NCBI GenBank assembly: GCA_963833225.1 | Contig: CAWHXD010000019.1 | Span: forward strand, 288,001-352,000 | DNA length: 64,000 nt | Origin: an uncultured Chloroflexia bacterium | GTDB taxonomy: Bacteria > Chloroflexota > Limnocylindria > Limnocylindrales > CSP1-4 | Reading direction: 5' to 3' | Notes under the pieces: model-generated | The model's database searches: none | Told to the model about the DNA's origin: nothing | Seen by the model: the letters and a program-made list of their open reading frames with translations, nothing else | Shown: in pieces, positions 1 through 8,554 of the stretch | Numbering within the stretch: position 1 is the first letter of the stretch | How the letters are laid out: each line of letters begins with the position of its first letter | Program-made: the position numbers and the translations under genes

Positions 1-493
1 TACAACACCGCGGGCGCGGCGAAGCAGGTCGCCGAGGCGGAGGAGCGGGGCGCGGCGGCGGTCGCGTCCTCCCGCGGTCGCGTCCATCTACGGCCTCGAG
101 ATCCTTGCCGACGACATCCAGTCCGGGACCGACAACCGGACCCGGTTCGCGGTGATCACGCGGCCCGGTGACGACGCCGCGCGCGCGGTGCTCGACGCGG
201 CCGCCCCCTAGGCCGTTGCCGGCTCGCCCCGGACCTCGCTCGCCTTCGCCGTGCGCAACGTGCCCGGATCGCTCTATCGCTCGCTGGGCGCCTTCGCCAC
301 CCGCGGGCTCAACCTGACCCGGCTCGAGAGCCGCCCCTGGGTCAAGGCCGGCACGCGCTGGGAGTACCTGTTCTGGGTCGACCTCGACGGGGACCCCACC
401 GATGCCGCCTGCGCCGAGGCCCTCGAGGAGCTGCGCGGCGAGACCGAGCTGGCCCGGATCCTGGGCACCTACCCGAGGGCGCCCGAGGACTGA
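1..493 (+). CDS. pheA: Prephenate dehydratase, 3' part (PDT C-terminus + ACT domain); truncated by the window edge, with an apparent +1 frameshift near 76 and an in-frame TAG at 209-211
   Basis: Frame 1 reads YNTAGAAKQVAE..AAAVAS; frame 2 continues ASIYGLEILADDIQSGTDNRTRFAVI (NxTRF motif), then the ACT domain NVPGSLYRSLGAFATRGLNLTRLESRP..WEYLFWVD. Confidence 0.85.
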
Positions 494-631
494 TCCCGGC
501 GGCCGGCGGATCCAGCGGGGCCGGGCCGCAACGAGCGGATGCTGCGCGGCGACCATCGCGGCAGGTGCGATCATTGGGCGGACGGTCGCCAGCGAACCGG
601 CGGCCGGGCTCGCACGCACAGGGAGGAGCAC

Positions 632-2305
632 GTGGACGACGCATTCCGGGCCGAGATGGCGGCGGGCTACGCGGTCAACGAGCCGGTCATCGTCTTTGGC
701 TGTCCGATCCTCGGCGAGGAGCTCCTGGCAGACGTCCGCGTCTCCCTGCCACTGACCCGCGTCAACCGCCATGGGCTCATCGCGGGCGCCACCGGCACCG
801 GCAAGACCACGACGCTCCAGGTGATGGCCGGCCAGCTGTCGGCCGCCGGGGTGCCCGTGTTCGCGGTCGACATCAAGGGGGACCTGTCAGGCGTCGGCGC
901 GCCCGGGGACGCGGGCAATCCTCCGGTGGCCGCCAGGATCGAATCAATGAAGCTCGACTTCGAGGCCCGCGGGGCCCCGGTCGAGATCCTGTCGCTCTCG
1001 GGCGAGAAGGGCGCCCACGTTCGGGCCAGCGTCAGCTCCTTCGGCCCGCTGCTGCTGGGCAAGGTCCTGGACCTCAACGACACGCAGACGAGCATCCTGT
1101 CGCTGGTCTTCCGGTACTGCGACCTCGAGCACCTCCCGCTCCTCGACCTCGCGGACCTGCGGACCACGCTCAAGTTCCTGGGCTCGGATGAGGGGAAGCC
1201 GGTCCTCGACGACCTGGGCGGGATCAGCCCGGCCAGCCTGGGCGTGATGCTGCGGGCGATCGTGACCATCGAGCAGGAGGGCGCGGACGTCTTCTTCGGC
1301 GAGCCCGAGTTCGACGTCGATGACCTCCTGCGAACGACGCCCGACGGACAGGGCGTGGTCACCCTGCTCGAGGTCGCAGACGTCATGGACCGGCCAAGGC
1401 TGTACTCGACGTTCGTGCTGTGGATGCTCGCCCAGCTCTACGAGCAGCTGCCCGAGGTGGGCGACCAGCCCAAGCCCAAGCTCGCCTTCTTCTTCGACGA
1501 GGCACACCTGCTGTTCAATGACGCGTCGGACGCGCTGATGGAGCAGATCGAGCGGACCGCCCGGCTCATCCGGTCCAAGGGCGTCGGCGTGTACTTCGTC
1601 ACCCAGTCGCCCACGGACGTGCCGTCGTCGGTCCTGTCCCAGCTGGGCAACCGGGTCCAGCACGCGCTCCGGGCGTTCACGCCCGAGGACGCGGACAGCC
1701 TGCGCAAGGCTGCCCGCACCTTCCCGATGACCGACCACTACGACGTCGAGCGCACCCTGACCCGCCTGGGCATCGGCGAGGCGTTCGTGACCGTGCTCAA
1801 CCGTAAGGGCATCCCGACCCCGCTCGCCGCCACGCGCCTGGTCCCGCCCGAGTCGCGGATGGGCCCGCTGACGCCCGAGGAGATCGCGGCCAAGGTGGCC
1901 GCGTCGCCGTTCGCCGCCAAGTACAACGTGGCCATCGATCCCGAGAGCGCCCACGAGATCATCACCGCCCGCCTCAAGAACGCGAAGGCGGCCGCCGCCA
2001 CGGCTGCCGCGGAGGCCGAGATGCGCGACAAGGTCTCGCCAACCACCGCGGGCGGGCTGGGCACGATGACGCCGGCCCAGCAGAAGCGCGAGATCGCGCG
2101 CCGCGCCCGCGAGCTCGAAGCTGCGCGCAAGGCCGCCGAGCGCGAGCGCAAGGCCCGCGAGAAGGAGGCTGCCGCGCTGGCCCGCGAGCGCGAGCGGACG
2201 ATGCGCGCGACGGTGAACACGGTGGGCAAGGTCATCGGGTCGCGCGGAACCCAGACGCTCCTGCGCGGCGTGTTCGACACGATCTTCGGCGGCGGCAAGC
2301 GGTAG
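632..2305 (+). CDS. HerA-like P-loop ATPase (DUF853/YjgR family)
   Basis: NRHGLIAGATGTGKT Walker A, FFFDEAHLLF Walker B, RLIRSKGVGVYFVTQSP, QLGNRVQHALRAFTP; GGAGGA RBS before GTG at 632. Confidence 0.9.
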   Translation: MDDAFRAEMAAGYAVNEPVIVFGCPILGEELLADVRVSLPLTRVNRHGLIAGATGTGKTTTLQVMAGQLSAAGVPVFAVDIKGDLSGVGAPGDAGNPPVAARIESMKLDFEARGAPVEILSLSGEKGAHVRASVSSFGPLLLGKVLDLNDTQTSILSLVFRYCDLEHLPLLDLADLRTTLKFLGSDEGKPVLDDLGGISPASLGVMLRAIVTIEQEGADVFFGEPEFDVDDLLRTTPDGQGVVTLLEVADVMDRPRLYSTFVLWMLAQLYEQLPEVGDQPKPKLAFFFDEAHLLFNDASDALMEQIERTARLIRSKGVGVYFVTQSPTDVPSSVLSQLGNRVQHALRAFTPEDADSLRKAARTFPMTDHYDVERTLTRLGIGEAFVTVLNRKGIPTPLAATRLVPPESRMGPLTPEEIAAKVAASPFAAKYNVAIDPESAHEIITARLKNAKAAAATAAAEAEMRDKVSPTTAGGLGTMTPAQQKREIARRARELEAARKAAERERKAREKEAAALARERERTMRATVNTVGKVIGSRGTQTLLRGVFDTIFGGGKR

Positions 2306-2312
2306 GCGCCGC

Positions 2313-2330
2313 GCCACAGGCGCCTGTGGC
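2313..2330 (+). terminator. Perfect 18-bp palindrome immediately after the ATPase stop (possible terminator or stabilising hairpin)
   Basis: GCCACAGGC/GCCTGTGGC; no U-tract. Confidence 0.4.
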
Positions 2331-2372
2331 CGGGCGTCCCCCGACCGCACATCCACGACCGGAGGACGATCG

Positions 2373-3065
2373 ATGCGGCACCTGGCGCTCGCGTGGCTGG
2401 GGGTGGCCGGGCTGCTGGGCGGGGCGGTCCTCGCGCTCGGGGCGCCGGCGCCGGTCGCGGCCGAGGACATCTGCGGGCCGTCGGCGCCCGCCAACCCTGG
2501 CGCCATCCGGGGCCAGGCGTGGATCGGCGTCGTGGTCGACATCGAGCGGCACGAACCTCGCAACCCAGCGCGCTACGACTGGGCGGCGATCACCTTCCGC
2601 ATCGAGCAGGTCGTTCGTGACGCGCCGCGGATGGGCCCGGGCACCGTCCGGATCGGTGGTGCCGACGTCATCACCCTGCGCGTCGGCTCGTGCGATGGGC
2701 ATCGCGACCTTGGCCTGCAGCGAGGCGGGCGGTACCTCGTGAGCACTCGGGCGATCTTGGAACCCGGCGATCGGCCCGGAACGGGCTTCATCTTCGCCAG
2801 CATGACAGTGGCTTGGGAGTTGTACGGCGACGTCGCCCGACTCCAGGACGACATGTACTACCGCGATTGGCGGGACGAGCTCTGGCCCGGGTTCGCCGAG
2901 GCGGACACCCTCGCCGACGTCCTCGCGATCGTCGCCCCCAACGCGCCGGCCACGGACGCCCTCGCCGGGCCGCAGCCAGGGCCTGAGCCGCCCTGGGGCC
3001 TTGCGTTGCTGGCCGGCATCCCGGGCGCCTGGCTCGTGCTCCGCCGCACGCGCCGCCGCGCCTGA
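2373..3065 (+). CDS. Hypothetical secreted protein with C-terminal membrane anchor
   Basis: Signal peptide (MRHLALAWLGVAGLLGG..APVAA), GGAGG RBS, C-terminal APATDA + hydrophobic helix + RRTRRRA basic tail. Confidence 0.7.
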   Translation: MRHLALAWLGVAGLLGGAVLALGAPAPVAAEDICGPSAPANPGAIRGQAWIGVVVDIERHEPRNPARYDWAAITFRIEQVVRDAPRMGPGTVRIGGADVITLRVGSCDGHRDLGLQRGGRYLVSTRAILEPGDRPGTGFIFASMTVAWELYGDVARLQDDMYYRDWRDELWPGFAEADTLADVLAIVAPNAPATDALAGPQPGPEPPWGLALLAGIPGAWLVLRRTRRRA

Positions 3066-3066
3066 T

Positions 3067-3477
3067 CTATCCGAGCAGCTCCACGCCGGCGCGTGCGGCG
3101 GCGTCGCGCAGCCGGCCATCGAGCGTCGCGAGCTGCAGCCCTCGCCGGCTCGCGAGGGCGACGTACGCCGCGTCGTACGCGCTGAGGTCAAGACGCCGGG
3201 CCAGGTCCGCCACGTCGCCCAGGGCATCGACCGTGCTGACGGCCTCCACGCGCACGGGGAGCGAGAGCAGCAGCGTCGACGCCTCGGAGAACTCCCCCGG
3301 CCCGAGCCGCCCCCGCCGCTCGGCGTTCCGGAGCCCGTTGGCGACCTCGAGCGGCCAGATCGCCGGGGCCACCGCGTGGCCGGAGGCGAGGCGCGACAGC
3401 CAGCCGTCCGCGAGGTCGGATCGCTCGTCCGCGAAGCACCAGGCCAGGGCGACGGACGCGTCGATCACGAACGTCAC
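3067..3477 (-). CDS. vapC: Type II TA toxin, VapC/PIN-domain ribonuclease
   Basis: FVIDASVALAW, WPLEVANGL, LSAYDAAYVALA, LATLDGRL PIN motifs; start overlaps the antitoxin stop. Confidence 0.9.
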   Translation of the reverse strand: MTFVIDASVALAWCFADERSDLADGWLSRLASGHAVAPAIWPLEVANGLRNAERRGRLGPGEFSEASTLLLSLPVRVEAVSTVDALGDVADLARRLDLSAYDAAYVALASRRGLQLATLDGRLRDAAARAGVELLG

Positions 3478-3710
3478 CGGCGGCCCTCGTCGATGAGCTC
3501 GCGGATGGTGACATCGCCCAGGGGATGGCGCGCGCGGAAGGCGCGCAGCGACGCGATGGCGTCCTCGATGGACCCGGCGCTCGGCCGGGCCGGGATGAGG
3601 ACGGCGACCGGGACCCCGTGCTTGGTGATGATGATCTCCTCGCCGGCCGCGACCTCGTCGAGCAGGCGAGGGAGGTGGGTCTTCGCTTCGTAGGCGCCGA
3701 CGGTTCTCAT
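3474..3710 (-). CDS. Type II TA antitoxin, Phd/YefM family
   Basis: VGAYEAKTHLPRLLDEVAAGEEIIITKHGVPVAVL is the Phd/YefM N-terminal signature; directly upstream of vapC. Confidence 0.9.
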   Translation of the reverse strand: MRTVGAYEAKTHLPRLLDEVAAGEEIIITKHGVPVAVLIPARPSAGSIEDAIASLRAFRARHPLGDVTIRELIDEGRR

Positions 3711-3725
3711 GACTTCGGTCCTCGC

Positions 3726-3744
3726 ACTAGTCTGAGACTAGTCT
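3726..3744 (-). promoter_or_regulatory. Probable TA autoregulatory operator
   Basis: ACTAGTCT-G-AGACTAGT inverted repeat overlapping the perfect palindrome AGACTAGTCT, just upstream of the antitoxin start. Confidence 0.6.
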
Positions 3745-3796
3745 AACCCCGCCCCGGCTTGCGTCCACCACGGACGCGGCCGGGGTTCGGAGGGGC

Positions 3797-4330
3797 ATGG
3801 ATTCGTCTCGTCGCATGACCCCCGAGTCGCCGGGCTTCGCCACCACCCTGATCGGGGAGTCGTTCGCCGGTGAGGGACCGAACGCCGCCCACCTCAACGT
3901 GGTGATCGGGCGCAAGGGTGGCCCGGTCGAGATGGCCTGGGTCACCAGCCTGGCCACGCCGCGCTAGGGCACGTGCCCTTCCTGGTCACGCTCCGTCCGA
4001 ATTTGCCGGGCGCAAGCCGATGACGCTATTCGTCAACAAGGCGGAGGTCCGAGGCGAGGCTCACGAGGCGTTGACCTGGGGCGCGGCCCAGGCCGGGGTC
4101 GCGGGCGGCGTTGCGCGTGCCGTCCAGTACGGGTTGATCCCGGTAGATGCCACCGAGGAAATCTTCGTGATCACGGCCGTCTAGGTGGCGTGGTCGGCGG
4201 ATGATGCCGACGAGGTGTACGCGAACAACCTGGCCGCCACCTACGATGCGATCTGGGCGGCCGTGGAAGGCACACCGACGCTCGGTCGCCGGCTGATCGC
4301 CGAAGTAGGCTGTCCCGGGCACCGCGACTC
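3797..4330 (+). pseudogene. fae: Formaldehyde-activating enzyme (Fae), disrupted
   Basis: IGESFAGEGPNAAHLNVVIGRKGGPVE..ATPR / HVPFLVTLRPNLP / KPMTLFVNKA..WGAAQAGVA..AV*V..DDADEVYANN; two frameshifts (~3965-4012), TAG at 4182-4184 at a usual Trp position, no own stop (runs in frame into the next gene); 3' end approximate. Confidence 0.8.
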
Positions 4331-4370
4331 GGCGCCCCAGTCCGTCGCCGCGTCCGCGAGACTGCGCGCC

Positions 4371-5543
4371 ATGGACCTGACCCTGACCCCTGCCCAGGCG
4401 GATCTGCGCGACCGGGCCCGCGCCTACGTCACCGATCACCTGCAGCCGCTCGAGGCGGAGTTCGAACGCCGGCACACCCTTGACCCGAGCACGACGGCGG
4501 AGCTCAAGCGGCTCGCGATCGAGGCCCGGCTCCACGGCGGCAACCTGCCCCGGGAGGCTGGCGGCCAGGGCTGGTCCAGCCTCGAGCAGATCCTGGTCCA
4601 CGAACAGCTCGGCCAGGCCACGGGAGGCCTGTGGTCGTACATCCCCGGCGCCTACAACGCGCTGGTCCACGCCTCCCCCGAGCAGCGTGCCCGCTACCTG
4701 GACCCATGCCTGCGGGGCGACCGCAACGGCTCCTACGCGATCACGGAGCCCGGTCAGGGTTCGGATGCCCGCACGCTGGCGGCCACCGCCGTCCGCGACC
4801 CGGCCACCGGCGAGTACATCCTCAATGGCGAGAAGTGGTTCGTGACCGGCCCGTCCGACACGGACTTCATGATCTTCCACTGCCACCTGCTCGATGGCGA
4901 CCAGCGGCTGCCGACCCTGTTCCTGGTGGACTACGACACGCCGGGGCTGGTCATGAGCCATGACCCCGACTACACGCACACGTTCGCGGACCGCCACCCG
5001 CAGTTCGTGCTGACCGATGTCCGGGTGCCGGCGGACGCGATCCTCGGCGAGATCGGCCAGGCCGATGCCATGACCAACGAGTGGTTCGTCGAGGAGCGGC
5101 TCCACATCGGCGCGCGATGCTCGGGGGCGATGGAGCGGCTGCTGGCGCTCGCCGTCGAATGGGCGACCGGCCGGATCCAGTTCGGCGAGCGGATCTACGA
5201 TTTCCAGGGCGTGTCGTTCCCGCTCGCGGACTCCGCCGCCGACGCGTCCGCCGCCCGGCTGCTCACCCGCGAGGCGGCCCTGCTGCTCGATGCGGGTGCC
5301 AACCCCAAGGTCGTGCACGCCAAGGCATCGCTGGCCAAGCTGTTCGCCTCCGAGGCGGCCTACCGGTGTGCCGACCGCGTGGTCCAGGTCTTCGGCGGCC
5401 GCGGGTACATGCGCGAGTTCCCGGCCGAGCGGTACCTGCGCGAGCTGCGGGTCGACCGCCTCTGGGAAGGAACCAGCGAGATCCAGCGGATGGTGATCGC
5501 CCGGGCCCTCGAGAAGCGCGGCGTCCGGGCCGTCGTCGGGTGA
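4371..5543 (+). CDS. Acyl-CoA dehydrogenase
   Basis: YAITEPGQGSDA, LNGEKWFVT, RIQFGERI, VQVFGGRGY, RLWEGTSEIQR. Confidence 0.92.
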   Translation: MDLTLTPAQADLRDRARAYVTDHLQPLEAEFERRHTLDPSTTAELKRLAIEARLHGGNLPREAGGQGWSSLEQILVHEQLGQATGGLWSYIPGAYNALVHASPEQRARYLDPCLRGDRNGSYAITEPGQGSDARTLAATAVRDPATGEYILNGEKWFVTGPSDTDFMIFHCHLLDGDQRLPTLFLVDYDTPGLVMSHDPDYTHTFADRHPQFVLTDVRVPADAILGEIGQADAMTNEWFVEERLHIGARCSGAMERLLALAVEWATGRIQFGERIYDFQGVSFPLADSAADASAARLLTREAALLLDAGANPKVVHAKASLAKLFASEAAYRCADRVVQVFGGRGYMREFPAERYLRELRVDRLWEGTSEIQRMVIARALEKRGVRAVVG

Positions 5544-7795
5544 CGGACGCCGCGGCGGGCGCGTCCCCCTCGCCCGCGGAGATCGATCTCCGACCCCTGT
5601 TCGCCCCGCGGTCGATCGCCGTCGTGGGCGCGAGCCCCCGTGGCTGGGTGGGGACGACGGTTCGCGACAACCTCGCCCTGATGCACAGCGAGACACGGAT
5701 CTACTTCGTGAACCCGAAGTACGGGGAGGTTCACGGCACCCGCTGCTGGCCAGGCCTGGCGTCGCTGCCCGAGCGCCCAGACACGGTGATCCTGGCGGTG
5801 AACCCGCTCCGGGCGGCGCGCTTCACCCAGGAGGTGGCCGAGGCCGGGATCCCGTCGATCGTGATCCCTGGCGGTGGCGTCGTCGAGGGCGGAGAGGCCG
5901 CGGCGGAGATGCAGCGGGTCGTGCGCGACATCGCGATCCGGCATGGCATCGCGTTGCTCGGGCCCAACTGCATGGGCTCGGTGGACTGGACCACCAACAG
6001 TACCAACTACATCGGCGACGTGAACCCCTGGCTGCCGCGTGGTCATGTCGCCGGCCTCGCCCAGTCGGGGAGCGTCACGGACGCCTTCATCCACGGTCCC
6101 GGCAGCCGGATCGGGTACAGCCGGATCGTGTCGATCGGCACCGAGGCGGTGCTGGACCTGTGCGACTACCTCGCCTACTGCCTTGACGACCCGGAGACCC
6201 ACGCGGTCATGCTGTTCGTCGAGGGCTTCAAGCGCCCCGAGCGGTTCCTGGCGCTGGCGGATCGGGCGCTCGCGATGGGCAAGCCGATCCTGGCGGTCAA
6301 GGTGGGGCGATCGGCGCAGGCGCAGGCCGCGGCCATTGCGCATTCCGGCAGCCTTGCCGGCGAGGACCGGGTCACCGACGCCGCGCTCGAGGCCGCCGGC
6401 GTCATCCGCTGCGCGGATCTCGACGAGCTCCTCGAGCAGGCGGAGCTGATCGCGGGCGCGGGACGCCTCCACCGATCCGTGGGCGCGGGCCGGACGGGGG
6501 TCGTGACCGTATCCACTGGCGAGGCCTCGCTCGTCGCCGACCTTGCCGAGCGCACCGGTCTCGAGCTGCCGCCGGTCCCGGACAGGACGCGGGCGGCGAT
6601 CCTCGAGGGGCTGCCCACGATGGGCTACATCGGCAACCCGCTGGACCCGTGGGGCGCGGCGGATGAGGCGCACGCCTACCGCGTGGCATTCGAGGCGTTC
6701 GCCGACTCGGGCGCGTACGACGTGCTGGCCGTGGTCCACGACAGCCCGTTCCGGGACCTGCCCGGCGAGGTGGTCGTGGCCCGGACGGTGGGCACCGCCC
6801 TCGCGGACGCGACCCGCGATCACCCGGAGCTGCTCCCGGTCTACGTGTCGCTCACCGCGGGCGATATCAGCGAGCAGGTCAAGGCGACGCTCGACGCGGC
6901 CGGCGGCATGCCGATGCTTCGCGGGGCGACCGAATCGATGGTGGCCATCGCGCGGCTCGCGTGGTGGGAGCGGGTCCGGGCCGAGCGGCTGGCGTCGGGG
7001 CCGCGGCGTCCCGCGTGGGCGGCGCTGGCCGCCGGTCACGTCCCGTGGGGCGCGGATGCGACGCCCGATCCACTGTCACGCTCGATCGCAGCGCCGCCTC
7101 CGCGGGTGGCGCTCTCGGAGCGGGACAGCCTGGAGCGGCTCGCCGCTGCGGGGATCCCGGTCACGGCCTGGCGCTATGTGGCCGCCGGCGCGGCGGTCGC
7201 CTTCGGTGCCGCGGTCGCCGACGCCGTCGTGGCAGCCTGGCGCGACCTGGGCGGCGGGCCGGTTGCGCTCAAGCTGGACGCGGAGAGCCTGGTCCACAAG
7301 ACCGAGGTCGGGGGCGTCCTCGTTGGGCTGGGCGACGAGGCAGCCGTCCGCGCCGGCGTCTCCGCGCTTGCCGATGCCGCCGGCCGGTCCGGCGCGCCCC
7401 TGCGCGGGTATCTCGTGGAGCCGATGGCACCCGGCGGCGTGGAGCTGATCGTGGGTGGCCGGCATGACGCGGTCTTCGGGCCGGTCGTGCTGGTCGGGTT
7501 TGGCGGCATCCTGGCCGAGGTGCTCGACGACGTCGCGGTGCTCCTGGCTCCCGTGCCCGACACCGTGGTCCGCCGTCGCCTCGAGCGGCTGCGTGGAGCG
7601 GCGGTGCTGCGGGGAGCTCGCGGGCGGCCCGGCGTGGACTTGGACGCGCTCGCGGGGCTGGTCGGCGCGGTGGGCCGGCTGCTCGCCTCGGATCCGTCGA
7701 TCACCGAGGTCGATCTCAACCCGGTCATCGCCGGGCCGGGTGGCGCGATGGCCGTCGACGCCCTGGTGGTCGTGGAGGCGCCGGCCCGCCGTTGA
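5540..7795 (+). CDS. ADP-forming acyl-CoA synthetase (acetate-CoA ligase family, alpha-beta fusion)
   Basis: PRSIAVVGAS CoA-binding domain, LLGPNCMG, AHSGSLAG phospho-His loop, NPLD, ATP-grasp HKTEVGGV..DLNP; GTGA overlap with the ACAD stop. Confidence 0.88.
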   Translation: MTDAAAGASPSPAEIDLRPLFAPRSIAVVGASPRGWVGTTVRDNLALMHSETRIYFVNPKYGEVHGTRCWPGLASLPERPDTVILAVNPLRAARFTQEVAEAGIPSIVIPGGGVVEGGEAAAEMQRVVRDIAIRHGIALLGPNCMGSVDWTTNSTNYIGDVNPWLPRGHVAGLAQSGSVTDAFIHGPGSRIGYSRIVSIGTEAVLDLCDYLAYCLDDPETHAVMLFVEGFKRPERFLALADRALAMGKPILAVKVGRSAQAQAAAIAHSGSLAGEDRVTDAALEAAGVIRCADLDELLEQAELIAGAGRLHRSVGAGRTGVVTVSTGEASLVADLAERTGLELPPVPDRTRAAILEGLPTMGYIGNPLDPWGAADEAHAYRVAFEAFADSGAYDVLAVVHDSPFRDLPGEVVVARTVGTALADATRDHPELLPVYVSLTAGDISEQVKATLDAAGGMPMLRGATESMVAIARLAWWERVRAERLASGPRRPAWAALAAGHVPWGADATPDPLSRSIAAPPPRVALSERDSLERLAAAGIPVTAWRYVAAGAAVAFGAAVADAVVAAWRDLGGGPVALKLDAESLVHKTEVGGVLVGLGDEAAVRAGVSALADAAGRSGAPLRGYLVEPMAPGGVELIVGGRHDAVFGPVVLVGFGGILAEVLDDVAVLLAPVPDTVVRRRLERLRGAAVLRGARGRPGVDLDALAGLVGAVGRLLASDPSITEVDLNPVIAGPGGAMAVDALVVVEAPARR

Positions 7796-7848
7796 GGCGC
7801 CGAGTCCCAGCGCCGAGCTCCGGCGCCGAGGGCGCTACCCTGCAACCC

Positions 7849-8403
7849 ATGACCCCGGATCCGCTGGCTCGCATCCGCCTCGTCGAGGGTGACATCACCC
7901 GGATCACCGCGGACGCTATCGTGAACGCCGCCAACAGCGCGCTCTCGGGCGGCGGTGGCGTGGACGGCGCGATCCACCGCGCCGGTGGCCCCGGGATCCT
8001 GGATGACCTCCGTCGCCGCTACGGCGCCAACCGCAGCTGTCCCACCGGCAGCGCCGTGGTGTCGGCTCCCGGGCTGCTCGATGCGCGATGGGTCATCCAC
8101 GCCGTCGGGCCCGTGTGGTGGGGCGGCGCCGGCGGCGAATCCGCGCTCCTCGCCTCCGCGTACCTGACCAGCCTTCGCCTGGCCGATGACCTTGGGGCGC
8201 GTCACGTTGCCTTCCCGTCGATCAGCACGGGGGCCTATGGCTATCCGCTCGACCGCGCCGCGCCGGTTGCGCTGGAGGCCGTCGCGCGTGGGCTGCGGGA
8301 CGCCAGGTCCGTCCAGCGCGCGACCTTCGTGCTGTACGGGGACCAGGCTCTGGCCATCTACGAGCGATCCCTCGCGGATCTGGTGGCAGCTGCGGCCGGC
8401 TGA
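7849..8403 (+). CDS. Macrodomain protein (O-acetyl-ADP-ribose deacetylase, YmdB-like)
   Basis: GDIT..DAIVNAANSAL.GGGGVDGAIHRAGG, VIHAVGP, FPSISTGAYGYP. Confidence 0.92.
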   Translation: MTPDPLARIRLVEGDITRITADAIVNAANSALSGGGGVDGAIHRAGGPGILDDLRRRYGANRSCPTGSAVVSAPGLLDARWVIHAVGPVWWGGAGGESALLASAYLTSLRLADDLGARHVAFPSISTGAYGYPLDRAAPVALEAVARGLRDARSVQRATFVLYGDQALAIYERSLADLVAAAAG

Positions 8404-8554
8404 GGGCGACGGGGGCCAACCTGCGCCGGCCGTCGGCCGCCCGGTGGCGCCATCCGGATCCCTGGCCATGCGCGCAGGACAGGACTGAAGTCATGCCCTT
8501 GGGGGACACCCTGACCAGGGCCAGATCAGCCCAACTCGCGCTAGACTCCTGGCG

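Noticed and set aside
632-3710. HerA-based anti-phage defence island
   Set aside because: The ATPase is the widespread DUF853/YjgR type with no NurA, SIR2 or nuclease partner; only an ordinary TA pair is nearby.
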